From positions 800,001 through 864,000 of the forward strand of contig OZ218778.1 in NCBI GenBank assembly GCA_965112635.1: a DNA stretch of 64,000 nt, read 5' to 3'. Position numbers and translations under genes: made by a program. This DNA comes from an uncultured bacterium (GTDB lineage Bacteria; Oederibacteriota; Oederibacteriia; Oederibacteriales; Oederibacteriaceae). Below the pieces are notes generated by a model. The model did not search any database. It saw only the letters and a program-made list of their open reading frames with translations, and was not told the origin of the DNA. This document shows, one piece after another, positions 56,954-64,000 of this stretch (positions are counted from its first letter, which is position 1; every line of letters starts with the position of its first letter).

Positions 56954-56992
56954 AGTTAGGTTTTTGTTAGAGAACGGTTAAATGCTTGTAAA
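56954..56992 (-). promoter_or_regulatory. Pho-box-like array (TTAACA/CTAAC type)
   Basis: Minus-strand hexamers TTTACA, TTAACC, CTAACA, CTAACT at exact 11-bp period (plus-strand starts 56987, 56976, 56965, 56954) upstream of porin-pstS. Confidence 0.7.
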
Positions 56993-57006
56993 CAAAAACT
57001 GATCTT

Positions 57007-58038
57007 TTATTCTGCTTTTTCCTCCTTTCCATCGTTGGTGTCCAGATAAGAGGCCGCAAATCCCTCGATACGGTTTTTTCCCTGTTTTTTTGCCTGATAT
57101 AAACGCTGGTCCGCTTCCTGGAATATCTGTTTGGCGTGGGTATGGGAGGGAAGCCATTTGCTGACCCCTCCGGAAAGCGTCAGGGAATAAATACTGCCGT
57201 TGACGACAAAAACGGCTTTTTCAATCTCTCTACGGATCAATTCCCCCAAAATATAGGCTTTACGGAGACCGCAGTCGGGGAGGAGCACCAAGAATTCATC
57301 CCCTCCATAGCGCACCGGAATGTCCGCGTGCCTCACGTGTTTTTGGATCAGCTTACCCACTTTAAGGAGAGCTTCGTCGCCCGCAGAGTGGCCGTAAAGG
57401 TCGTTGATCTTTTTAAAATCGTCAATATCCAGGAGCAGGAGAGACATGTTCCCGCCGTATTGCCGGATCTTGACGAATTCGGTTTCCAGGGCCTGGTCAA
57501 AAATGTGACGGGTAAAAAGACCGGTCAGGGAGTCGACCTCGGCGATCTTCGTGGCCTCGGCCAGCTTGGTCTGTTCTCTCAGAAGCTGGCTCCTAGAAGC
57601 CTCTAAAATGTCCGTCTGGCTAATCAGTCCCGCAAGTTCCTGCTGAGGACTGACGACAAGTAAATAACGGACATTTTCGCCTCTGATCCTGTCAAAAGCC
57701 GTATGAATGCTTTCCTGAGGTTGTATGGTGGCGGCTTTTTCGAGGATATTTTGGAGGGGTATCTCATGATCCAGCATCACCGCCATGCATTTGATCAGAA
57801 GCTGGTCTGTGATCACCCCCAGAAGAGCGGAGCCTTCGACCACAGGCAGGCAGCCGATGCGGTATTGCATCATCAAACGAAGCGCGTCGACGATCCTGTC
57901 ATGGGGAGAAACCGTGATAACAGTCCGCGTCATGTAAAAGCCGATAGTTTCTTCTTCTATCATTATGGGCGTCAAAGGTGCGTGTTCGGAGGGCTTTATT
58001 CCTATGGGTAATTCCTTTGGTTTTGTAATGGTATTCAT
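57007..58038 (-). CDS. CBS-domain diguanylate cyclase
   Basis: CBS pair (MTRTVITVSP...GCLPVV...GVIT; LLVV...GLISQTDIL), DSLTGL, RHAD I-site, RYGGDEF; likely ATG start at 58038. Confidence 0.9.
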   Translation of the reverse strand: MNTITKPKELPIGIKPSEHAPLTPIMIEEETIGFYMTRTVITVSPHDRIVDALRLMMQYRIGCLPVVEGSALLGVITDQLLIKCMAVMLDHEIPLQNILEKAATIQPQESIHTAFDRIRGENVRYLLVVSPQQELAGLISQTDILEASRSQLLREQTKLAEATKIAEVDSLTGLFTRHIFDQALETEFVKIRQYGGNMSLLLLDIDDFKKINDLYGHSAGDEALLKVGKLIQKHVRHADIPVRYGGDEFLVLLPDCGLRKAYILGELIRREIEKAVFVVNGSIYSLTLSGGVSKWLPSHTHAKQIFQEADQRLYQAKKQGKNRIEGFAASYLDTNDGKEEKAE

Positions 58039-58361
58039 ACTTTGTGGCCTTTCTTTCCAAGGTTCTGGAATCAATCTCTTCATTGCGCCAGGAAACATAC
58101 CGCCCGGAGGTTAGGAAGAGGCGAGAAATGGATTAGATTATTATTACTGGCAAGAAAACCACAGGCTGAAAGAGTAAGCCTGTGGCAGTTTATGTGGTAT
58201 TGGAGTTCTGAGGGGGAAAGAGTAAACTAATAGAAACACCTCCGCCCCAAGGGGCAGGGTATTTAAGTAAAGGAAAGGACCGTCACGCCCGCGGTGGAGC
58301 GGAACACCACTAGAGGATGAAAGAGAACTAAAATAAAAAATCAACTGACTGGAGCTGCAGA

Positions 58362-58529
58362 GTGAATAAATTAAGAAGGTACATAGTAAAAAAGAAGGGC
58401 TGGGTCTGGCTGGTCGAGGAAAAAGGCCTGATGATCAGGGTCATCAAAACCATCAAGGCAGGAGAAAAAGTGGAAGGTTACGTGCAAAGGCATAAACCCA
58501 ATCGGCGGAAACATAAGGTTTTGAGGTAA
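58362..58529 (+). CDS. Putative small basic protein (55 aa), below the ORF-track cutoff
   Basis: GTG start 7 nt after GGAG; MNKLRRYIVKKKGWVWLVEEKGLMIRVIKTIKAGEKVEGYVQRHKPNRRKHKVLR*. Confidence 0.4.
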   Translation: MNKLRRYIVKKKGWVWLVEEKGLMIRVIKTIKAGEKVEGYVQRHKPNRRKHKVLR

Positions 58530-58576
58530 TTTTATACGCTCGGGATGCGAGCGACAGAAAAAGAAGGAGGAGAGAC

Positions 58577-58852
58577 ATGGCAATAGAAAAAAAGATAAGG
58601 ACCGTGAGGCATACTTTTACCCTCAATTGGAAAGGCGCGAAACAGGTCAAGGTCACCGGGAGTTTTAACAGCTGGGACAAGAACGGGATCCCCATGGCGG
58701 CTCAGGGAGGCAATTGGACCGCGTCCGTGGACCTGGCGCCGGGAAGGTATGAGTATAAATATATCGTGGACGGGAAATGGCACGCTGACCCGGCCGCAGA
58801 ACGGGTCTGGAACGACCAGGGCTCGGAAAATTCAGTGTTAAATATCAAATAA
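58577..58852 (+). CDS. Stand-alone CBM48/AMPK-beta-like glycogen-binding domain protein
   Basis: V.VTGSFNSW, W...V.LAPGRYEYKYIVDGKW..DP, NSVL; strong RBS. Confidence 0.88.
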   Translation: MAIEKKIRTVRHTFTLNWKGAKQVKVTGSFNSWDKNGIPMAAQGGNWTASVDLAPGRYEYKYIVDGKWHADPAAERVWNDQGSENSVLNIK

Positions 58853-58875
58853 TAATATTTTTTGCCTGGTTTTGG

Positions 58876-58910
58876 CCCCTCTTGTGCATCACAAGAGGGG
58901 TTTTTGTTTT
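58876..58910 (+). terminator. Intrinsic terminator
   Basis: CCCCTCTTGTG-CAT-CACAAGAGGGG followed by a T run. Confidence 0.85.
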
Positions 58911-58982
58911 TTAGAGTTCACTGGGGTGGAGACAATTTTAGGCGGGAGTTAAGGGCCTAACGGTTGTGTTTGGGGACCCTTG

Positions 58983-60179
58983 CTACGGAGCGCGGGCCGG
59001 CACATATTCAGCAGCGCCAATATCAGGTTTCGGTTTTCTGGGATGCCTGTCAAAATCCTCTTTGACCTCAGCCAGGTTGACCCCTTTTCCCAGCGCTTCC
59101 AGGGCAAAAGAAGTCAAATGAAGGTCGCCCTTTCTGGGATTAACGAAATAATTGGTAGGAGCAGGCGAGAAATTATTGGCGCCCTCGCACCCCGCTATGA
59201 GCTCGATTTTCCCGCGGACGAGATTATCGGCTATCTTGGCGTCAGAGACCAGTTCTATGCACCGGATGCCGCGGCCCTTGGGATCAGGCCTCCAGCAGGT
59301 GTTGCCGTAGACCCTGATATGCTTGGCCCAGGCCAGCTCAATGGCGCTGTCCGCCTGGTTGGCGATGAAATTGTTGCGGCAGATCGAGTCCGCCACGTGG
59401 TTGGCCGCGTCATTGGAGGAGCCGCTGGGGTTGCCAAAGGCGATGCCCCGGTCGCACCCGATGATGGTATTGCGTTCCACCACGACATTCCGCGAATGGA
59501 CCCAGATAAAAATAGCGGCCCGGCCCCCGCCGCTAGCGCCCTTGATATTGACGAATTTGTTGTCGCAAAAAGTCCATCCGTCCAGGCACATCATATCTAT
59601 CCCGGCGATATAGTTGCCCTGGTTGAACCAGTCGCTCCGGGGGACCTTGTCGCTTTTATTCTCAAAATAACAGTTCCTGACCGACCCCCCTACGGCCATT
59701 TCATGGCTGGATGAGGCGGTCCCCTTGATATGCCTAACCCCTATGTTCAGGAAACGGCAGTTCAGGATGTTGATGTTCCGGGGCTTGGTTTGCGCGTAGA
59801 TCTTGATGCCGAAATCCTGCGCCTCCTCGAAAGAAAGCGCCTCCACGGTGACATTGGTGCAGGCCTGTATCCACAAAATATCGTTGTTCTTGATCCTCTT
59901 GTAAAAACCCTGTCCCCGGAGAACGGCTTTTTTGGGGTCCTGGGAAGCGCTCCTCAGGACGATATTTTTAGCGTTTTCGAGCCAAAGGAAACGCTTGAGC
60001 TGGTATACGCCGTCAGCCAGGACAATTTCATCCCCGTTTTGGACATGGTCGATGGCGCTGACCAGTCCGGGCACATCCTTGACCTGCACCAGGCGATGGG
60101 GCTGGCCGCAGGACAGCAAAGCAATGCCGGCTATCACCAGGCCGCCACCTATCAGTTCCCCAATTTGGACTACGGTCAT
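58983..60179 (-). CDS. Right-handed parallel beta-helix protein, possibly a lipoprotein
   Basis: Hydrophobic N-terminus with LLS|C, GDEIVLADGVY, repeated N..I..N strands, C-terminal DLHL...D.D..PR..PDIGA.EY; likely ATG start at 60179. Confidence 0.75.
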   Translation of the reverse strand: MTVVQIGELIGGGLVIAGIALLSCGQPHRLVQVKDVPGLVSAIDHVQNGDEIVLADGVYQLKRFLWLENAKNIVLRSASQDPKKAVLRGQGFYKRIKNNDILWIQACTNVTVEALSFEEAQDFGIKIYAQTKPRNINILNCRFLNIGVRHIKGTASSSHEMAVGGSVRNCYFENKSDKVPRSDWFNQGNYIAGIDMMCLDGWTFCDNKFVNIKGASGGGRAAIFIWVHSRNVVVERNTIIGCDRGIAFGNPSGSSNDAANHVADSICRNNFIANQADSAIELAWAKHIRVYGNTCWRPDPKGRGIRCIELVSDAKIADNLVRGKIELIAGCEGANNFSPAPTNYFVNPRKGDLHLTSFALEALGKGVNLAEVKEDFDRHPRKPKPDIGAAEYVPARAP

Positions 60180-60391
60180 AAACCTATACCTTCCTTTGGA
60201 AAGCAGTCTACGCCACTTGACCCAAAACACAAGGGCGGGAAGCGCAGGATGCTCCCATTTTCTCATTGTCTGGGTATCTCTACATAAAGGATTATTGTAG
60301 ATACCCGTTGAGTATCCATTCAGGATACTCAACCAATTTAGAAAATGCGAAAATGACAATTCTGACTTCATTAAGGACAGGTAGGGGGGAC

Positions 60392-60428
60392 TTGACGGAA
60401 CCCATAAAATGTATATGATAGATATACA
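60392..60428 (+). promoter_or_regulatory. TA promoter with overlapping operator palindrome
   Basis: TTGACG -35 element and inverted repeat TGTATAT-N5-ATATACA (60410-60428) before the antitoxin RBS. Confidence 0.55.
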
Positions 60429-60448
60429 GATTAGGAAAGGGGTGTTTT

Positions 60449-60688
60449 ATGGAAGCTAATGTAGTGGATTTGCGGTACAAGATGAACAAGGTGCTCAAAG
60501 CCCTGGACAGGCGTGAGGAAGTGAACCTCCTGTTCCATGGAAAATTGAAGGGAACGATCTATCCTAACCGGACCTCCCATGAACTCAAGGTCAAGGAGTC
60601 CGCTTTTTATGGGATGCTGAAACATGACCGCCGGCCGGTCCAGGATGTGATGGAAAGCCTCAGGGGGGGCCGACACCATGCTCTTTGA
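60449..60688 (+). CDS. Phd/YefM-like antitoxin
   Basis: VVDLRYKM..VL..L...E.V.L..HGK..G pattern; overlaps the PIN gene. Confidence 0.72.
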   Translation: MEANVVDLRYKMNKVLKALDRREEVNLLFHGKLKGTIYPNRTSHELKVKESAFYGMLKHDRRPVQDVMESLRGGRHHAL

Positions 60689-61055
60689 TACGGATATGTT
60701 CATCTGGGTCCAGCGCGGGAACACTCGCGCCGCCCAGGTTATAGATGCCGCCCCGGAGAGGTTTTTATCGGTCCAGACCTACCTGGAACTCCTGCAGGGA
60801 GCCGGGGACCGCCAGCAGCAGAAGCAGGTCAAGCGGTTCCTCTCGGAGTATTCGTTCATCATCCTCCCTTTGAGCGCCAATATCGGACATCGCGCCGCTA
60901 TCTACATCGAAGAATACGGCCTTTCATCCGGTTTGAGGGCCGGGGACGCGCTTATCGCCGCGACAGCCGTTGAAAACGATATGGTTCTTGTCACTTCGAA
61001 TGGCAGGCACTTGCAACCGATCCATGACCTTGAGCTAAAAATATTCAAACCCTAA
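60678..61055 (+). CDS. vapC: VapC-family PIN toxin
   Basis: LFDTD, ELLQG, DALIAATA, LVTSN.RH. Confidence 0.9.
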   Translation: MLFDTDMFIWVQRGNTRAAQVIDAAPERFLSVQTYLELLQGAGDRQQQKQVKRFLSEYSFIILPLSANIGHRAAIYIEEYGLSSGLRAGDALIAATAVENDMVLVTSNGRHLQPIHDLELKIFKP

Positions 61056-61298
61056 TTTCCCAATTTTTCCGCTGACGATTAGCCTCTAAAAATCTTAACC
61101 ATTCAATGTTCCCATTTTCTCATTTGCACACTTGTTCAAATGTGCAAATGACAATCCGGGGAGATGGGTGATTTGACAGAGGGGGGATGGGGGAGGAAAA
61201 TCAAGATATTGCTTCTAGGTTGTGCGGGTAAGGGTAATGCAAGAAGCAAGACACGGCACCTTTTTGCAAAGATTGAAATAAGACGGAAGGAAACAATA

Positions 61299-62882
61299 TT
61301 GAATATTAATGATATTTTTTCAGGGATGATAATATTAGTTTCCTTAGTCACCATAATACGTTGTTTCCGTTTATCCTACCAGGTCTACCGCGCATGGATC
61401 TTTCAGTCTTCATTAGTTTTGATCGTTACGGTCATTCTGAGATTTTTTGCTCCGGATGTCGCAGGTTTTGTAGGTGCCACTTTATGGTTTCTCCTTATCA
61501 TGACACCCTCCTTGTTAATGCAGTATGCCCATCGGCTCACTTTAAAACAAAATTATAAAGGGGCTTATTTTATCGCCCGTGCCATCAGCCTGATAATTCC
61601 TGAAAAAAACACTAGGGTAGGCGCGGAAATGTTGCAGGCAGAGGTCTATTTACAAACCGGGCTTCCTGAACAGGCTCTGGAGATATTTAAAAAGTACAGC
61701 GATCCTTCCACCTACAGCGGTCGTTCGGCTATAGTTGGCGTTTTTCGTTCGCAAAACCAATGGGCTGAAATGGAGCAATGGACCGAAAGCATCCTTGAGA
61801 AGGAGGATGTCCAAAAAGACCCAGCACTGGTGACGTATCATCTAAGGGCTTTGGGAGAAACAGGCAAGTTTGCTCTGCTCTTACAAACCTATCACCGTTT
61901 CAAGGCCTTATTGGCCAAGACCAACCCGGCTACATTTAAAAATTACAGCAGGATGTATATTTTCAGTTTTACTGGAAGGAAGGAAGAGCTAGAAAAAATG
62001 TTTCAGGGTCCGTTGTTGGAATTACCCTCTGCTTATAAACAGTTCTGGCTGGCAACGGCAGAGTTCGCCCTGGGTCATGATCAGGTGGCACGGACGATGC
62101 TGGAGGGCATCAAAGATAAAGTCGATCCTTTTGTCCGTGCCGGAGTTGAAAAAAGATTGTCTTCTCCTCCAGCCGCTGCAGCGAACACCATTGGCTCAGA
62201 CACTCGCCAGTTGATAGATGACATGGTAAAGGAGATGGAGCAGGAAAAAAAATACGGGATCGGGCCGACTGTGGGAATGAAAAACGCACCAATCACAAAA
62301 ATCCTGGTTGGTTTGATTCTCATGGTATTCATTGCCGAGGAATATTTTGGCGGGAGCACCAATAGTGGAGTGCTTTATTTTCTAGGTGCCTTTGTGCCGG
62401 AAACGGTCCTGGCAGGGCAATGGTGGAGGGTTCTAGCCTCTCTTTTCCTGCATTACGGCTATATTCATCTTATTTTTAATCTAGTGGCATTGATGATATT
62501 TGGCCCCTTTTTGGAAAAGTCTTTAGGAAAGATTAAGTACTTACTGGTTTATTTTGTATCCGGAATTTTAGGCATGATGGTTATACTACCCCTGACCATG
62601 TGGAATATGGTGGATTCGTACATGGCTATTGGGGCATCAGGGTGCATCATGGGGGTTGTGGGGGCCACCGCGGCCATTCAGCTTAAAGGATGGCTCTCTG
62701 AAAAAGCCCTGACTGCTTATAACAGGTTGATCCCTTTGCTTTCTATTGTGGTTTTGCAGGCGGCTTTTGACCTATTCTATCTTAAAGGAAGTTTCCTGAT
62801 CCATTTATCAGGTGCCCTGGTGGGTTTTCTAATAACTCCCATTTTGACAGCCAAAATATTTTCTTTAAAGAGAAGAACGTAA
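61299..62882 (+). CDS. Rhomboid-family intramembrane serine protease with N-terminal TM and helical-repeat region
   Basis: WWR, FLHYG..HLIFN, GASG (catalytic Ser), HLSG (catalytic His); likely TTG start at 61299. Confidence 0.88.
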   Translation: MNINDIFSGMIILVSLVTIIRCFRLSYQVYRAWIFQSSLVLIVTVILRFFAPDVAGFVGATLWFLLIMTPSLLMQYAHRLTLKQNYKGAYFIARAISLIIPEKNTRVGAEMLQAEVYLQTGLPEQALEIFKKYSDPSTYSGRSAIVGVFRSQNQWAEMEQWTESILEKEDVQKDPALVTYHLRALGETGKFALLLQTYHRFKALLAKTNPATFKNYSRMYIFSFTGRKEELEKMFQGPLLELPSAYKQFWLATAEFALGHDQVARTMLEGIKDKVDPFVRAGVEKRLSSPPAAAANTIGSDTRQLIDDMVKEMEQEKKYGIGPTVGMKNAPITKILVGLILMVFIAEEYFGGSTNSGVLYFLGAFVPETVLAGQWWRVLASLFLHYGYIHLIFNLVALMIFGPFLEKSLGKIKYLLVYFVSGILGMMVILPLTMWNMVDSYMAIGASGCIMGVVGATAAIQLKGWLSEKALTAYNRLIPLLSIVVLQAAFDLFYLKGSFLIHLSGALVGFLITPILTAKIFSLKRRT

Positions 62883-62898
62883 ATCCCTCTGCAAACAC

Positions 62899-63492
62899 AT
62901 GCGCGGTGCCCAAGATGGAAAGGATGAATATATGGTATGTCCGTGGTGGTTGGGGTATTCGCTGCTGACCCCATTCCGGCGCTGGATACAGAGGCAGGAC
63001 CCTGCCAAAATGCTCAGTCCTTATGTGACCTCCGGGATGACCGTGCTGGAACCAGGGCCGGGGATGGGGTATTTGACCCTGGACTTGGCGAAGTTGGTGG
63101 GGGAGCAGGGCCGGGTGATAGCTGTGGATTTGCAGGCCAAGATGCTGGAAAGACTCGAAAAGCGAGCCCAAAAAGCCGGGCTGGCGAAGCGTATCGAGTT
63201 CAGGCAGGCCAAATCAGGGGCTGAGCTGGGCATCGAGGATATCCGGGTCAGGGCCGATTTTATGGTAGTTTTTTACATGGCTCATGAGGTTGCTGACCAG
63301 GAACGTTTTTTTAAAGACCTGTTCCAGGCTGGGAAACCGGGTTGCAAGCTCTTGCTGGTCGAGCCGCCTTTTCATGTCAAAAAGAAGGATTTTGAGGTTA
63401 CCCTGCAAAAAGCCCAGTCTTGCGGGTTCCAGTTGGCTGAGCGCCTGTCCATTCCCAGCAGTTATTCCGCCCTCCTAGTTAAACCCCGCTAA
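62899..63492 (+). CDS. Class I SAM-dependent methyltransferase
   Basis: VCPWW, VLEPGPGMG, AVDLQ, HEV, KPG; true start may be 62932. Confidence 0.85.
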   Translation: MRGAQDGKDEYMVCPWWLGYSLLTPFRRWIQRQDPAKMLSPYVTSGMTVLEPGPGMGYLTLDLAKLVGEQGRVIAVDLQAKMLERLEKRAQKAGLAKRIEFRQAKSGAELGIEDIRVRADFMVVFYMAHEVADQERFFKDLFQAGKPGCKLLLVEPPFHVKKKDFEVTLQKAQSCGFQLAERLSIPSSYSALLVKPR

Positions 63493-63502
63493 AAACAATT
63501 AT

Positions 63503-63532
63503 TTGACAAATTGGACTAAGCAGGCCTATGCT
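63503..63532 (+). promoter_or_regulatory. sigma70-like promoter for the HTH gene
   Basis: TTGACA-18 nt-TATGCT, then AGGAGG RBS and ATG 63549. Confidence 0.6.
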
Positions 63533-63548
63533 TCCAAAGGAGGAAAAA

Positions 63549-63896
63549 ATGAAAAGTAACAGGGCAAAAGGACTGTTCCAATCAAGTTTAAAAGAGGCTG
63601 TTAAATACGCGCAAGGCAAGAGTGCCAAGGTAAAAGTTAAAACCCTGCTTGTACGCACTACGGGAGAAGATATAAAGGAGGCAAGGCATATCTTGAAAGT
63701 TTCCCAGCCTCAATTCGCCCGTTTAATGGTGGTAAGCCCGGAGACTGTAAAAAAATGGGAGCAAGGGAAAAACCCAATACCGGCAGCGGTGGGCTATTGG
63801 GCGGAAGGGTTAAAAACCCATCCCTCTCAAACAAAACGGCTTTTGTATGAAATGACCAGCAAATTGACAGGACTGGCTCATTCAGCAGGGCATTAG
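63549..63896 (+). CDS. XRE/HigA-like HTH protein
   Basis: IKEAR..L.VSQPQFARLM.VS.ETVKKWEQG...P helix-turn-helix. Confidence 0.82.
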   Translation: MKSNRAKGLFQSSLKEAVKYAQGKSAKVKVKTLLVRTTGEDIKEARHILKVSQPQFARLMVVSPETVKKWEQGKNPIPAAVGYWAEGLKTHPSQTKRLLYEMTSKLTGLAHSAGH

Positions 63897-64000
63897 TTAG
63901 ACCCCCACGGCTATCCCCACACCTTCACGTCCTTACGTCATTAATGACGCCTGCACTCGAATATATAAGGATTTTTTGGCGACAATGGCCAAAAACCATT

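Noticed and set aside
58140-58200. c-di-GMP riboswitch near the CBS-GGDEF gene
   Set aside because: The hairpin has a GAAA-containing loop but lacks the GGCAAACC...GACGCAAAGC core of class I and does not resemble class II.
970-59714. Long antisense or overlapping ORFs (e.g. 970-1665, 11576-12460, 36303-37163, 51462-52205, 54417-55301, 58980-59714)
   Set aside because: They shadow well-supported genes in GC-rich DNA and carry no recognisable motifs.
1-64000. CRISPR array, tRNA or rRNA genes
   Set aside because: No regularly spaced direct repeats with unique spacers, cloverleaf structures or rRNA signatures were seen by eye; not confirmed with Infernal or tRNAscan.

Overview
Chromosomal window from a diderm bacterium (it encodes a porin and a probable beta-barrel protein); the taxonomy cannot be assigned from sequence alone. 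It is probably origin-proximal, because it has two parS palindromes around mnmG-rsmG. From left to right: leuA(partial)-pssA-psd-ilvC-ilvN and rsmG-mnmG-mnmE (all minus strand); radC; a sugar-phosphate cluster (NDP-sugar pyrophosphorylase fused to a degenerate mutase, active PGM/PMM, glycerate kinase, GH38 mannosidase); three exported modular TPR paralogs, one with an IS256 element in its last codons; a PIN/RHH toxin-antitoxin pair, DUF1015 and comEC; two exported paralogs sharing an unannotated, possibly lysozyme-like domain; dedA-sod-cydAB-yciH; GGDEF and PilZ genes; two complete tandem pst-phoU operons, each behind a different 11-bp-periodic Pho-box-like array; a CBS-GGDEF gene divergent from a CBM48 gene; a vapBC-like pair, a rhomboid protease, a methyltransferase and an orphan HigA-like HTH. 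The strongest unusual signal is the two PstB ATPases of the second pst operon, whose motif defects are complementary and predict an asymmetric importer with one canonical and one degenerate ATP site. No rRNA, tRNA or CRISPR array was seen. All product calls come from motif recognition by eye, with no database searches.
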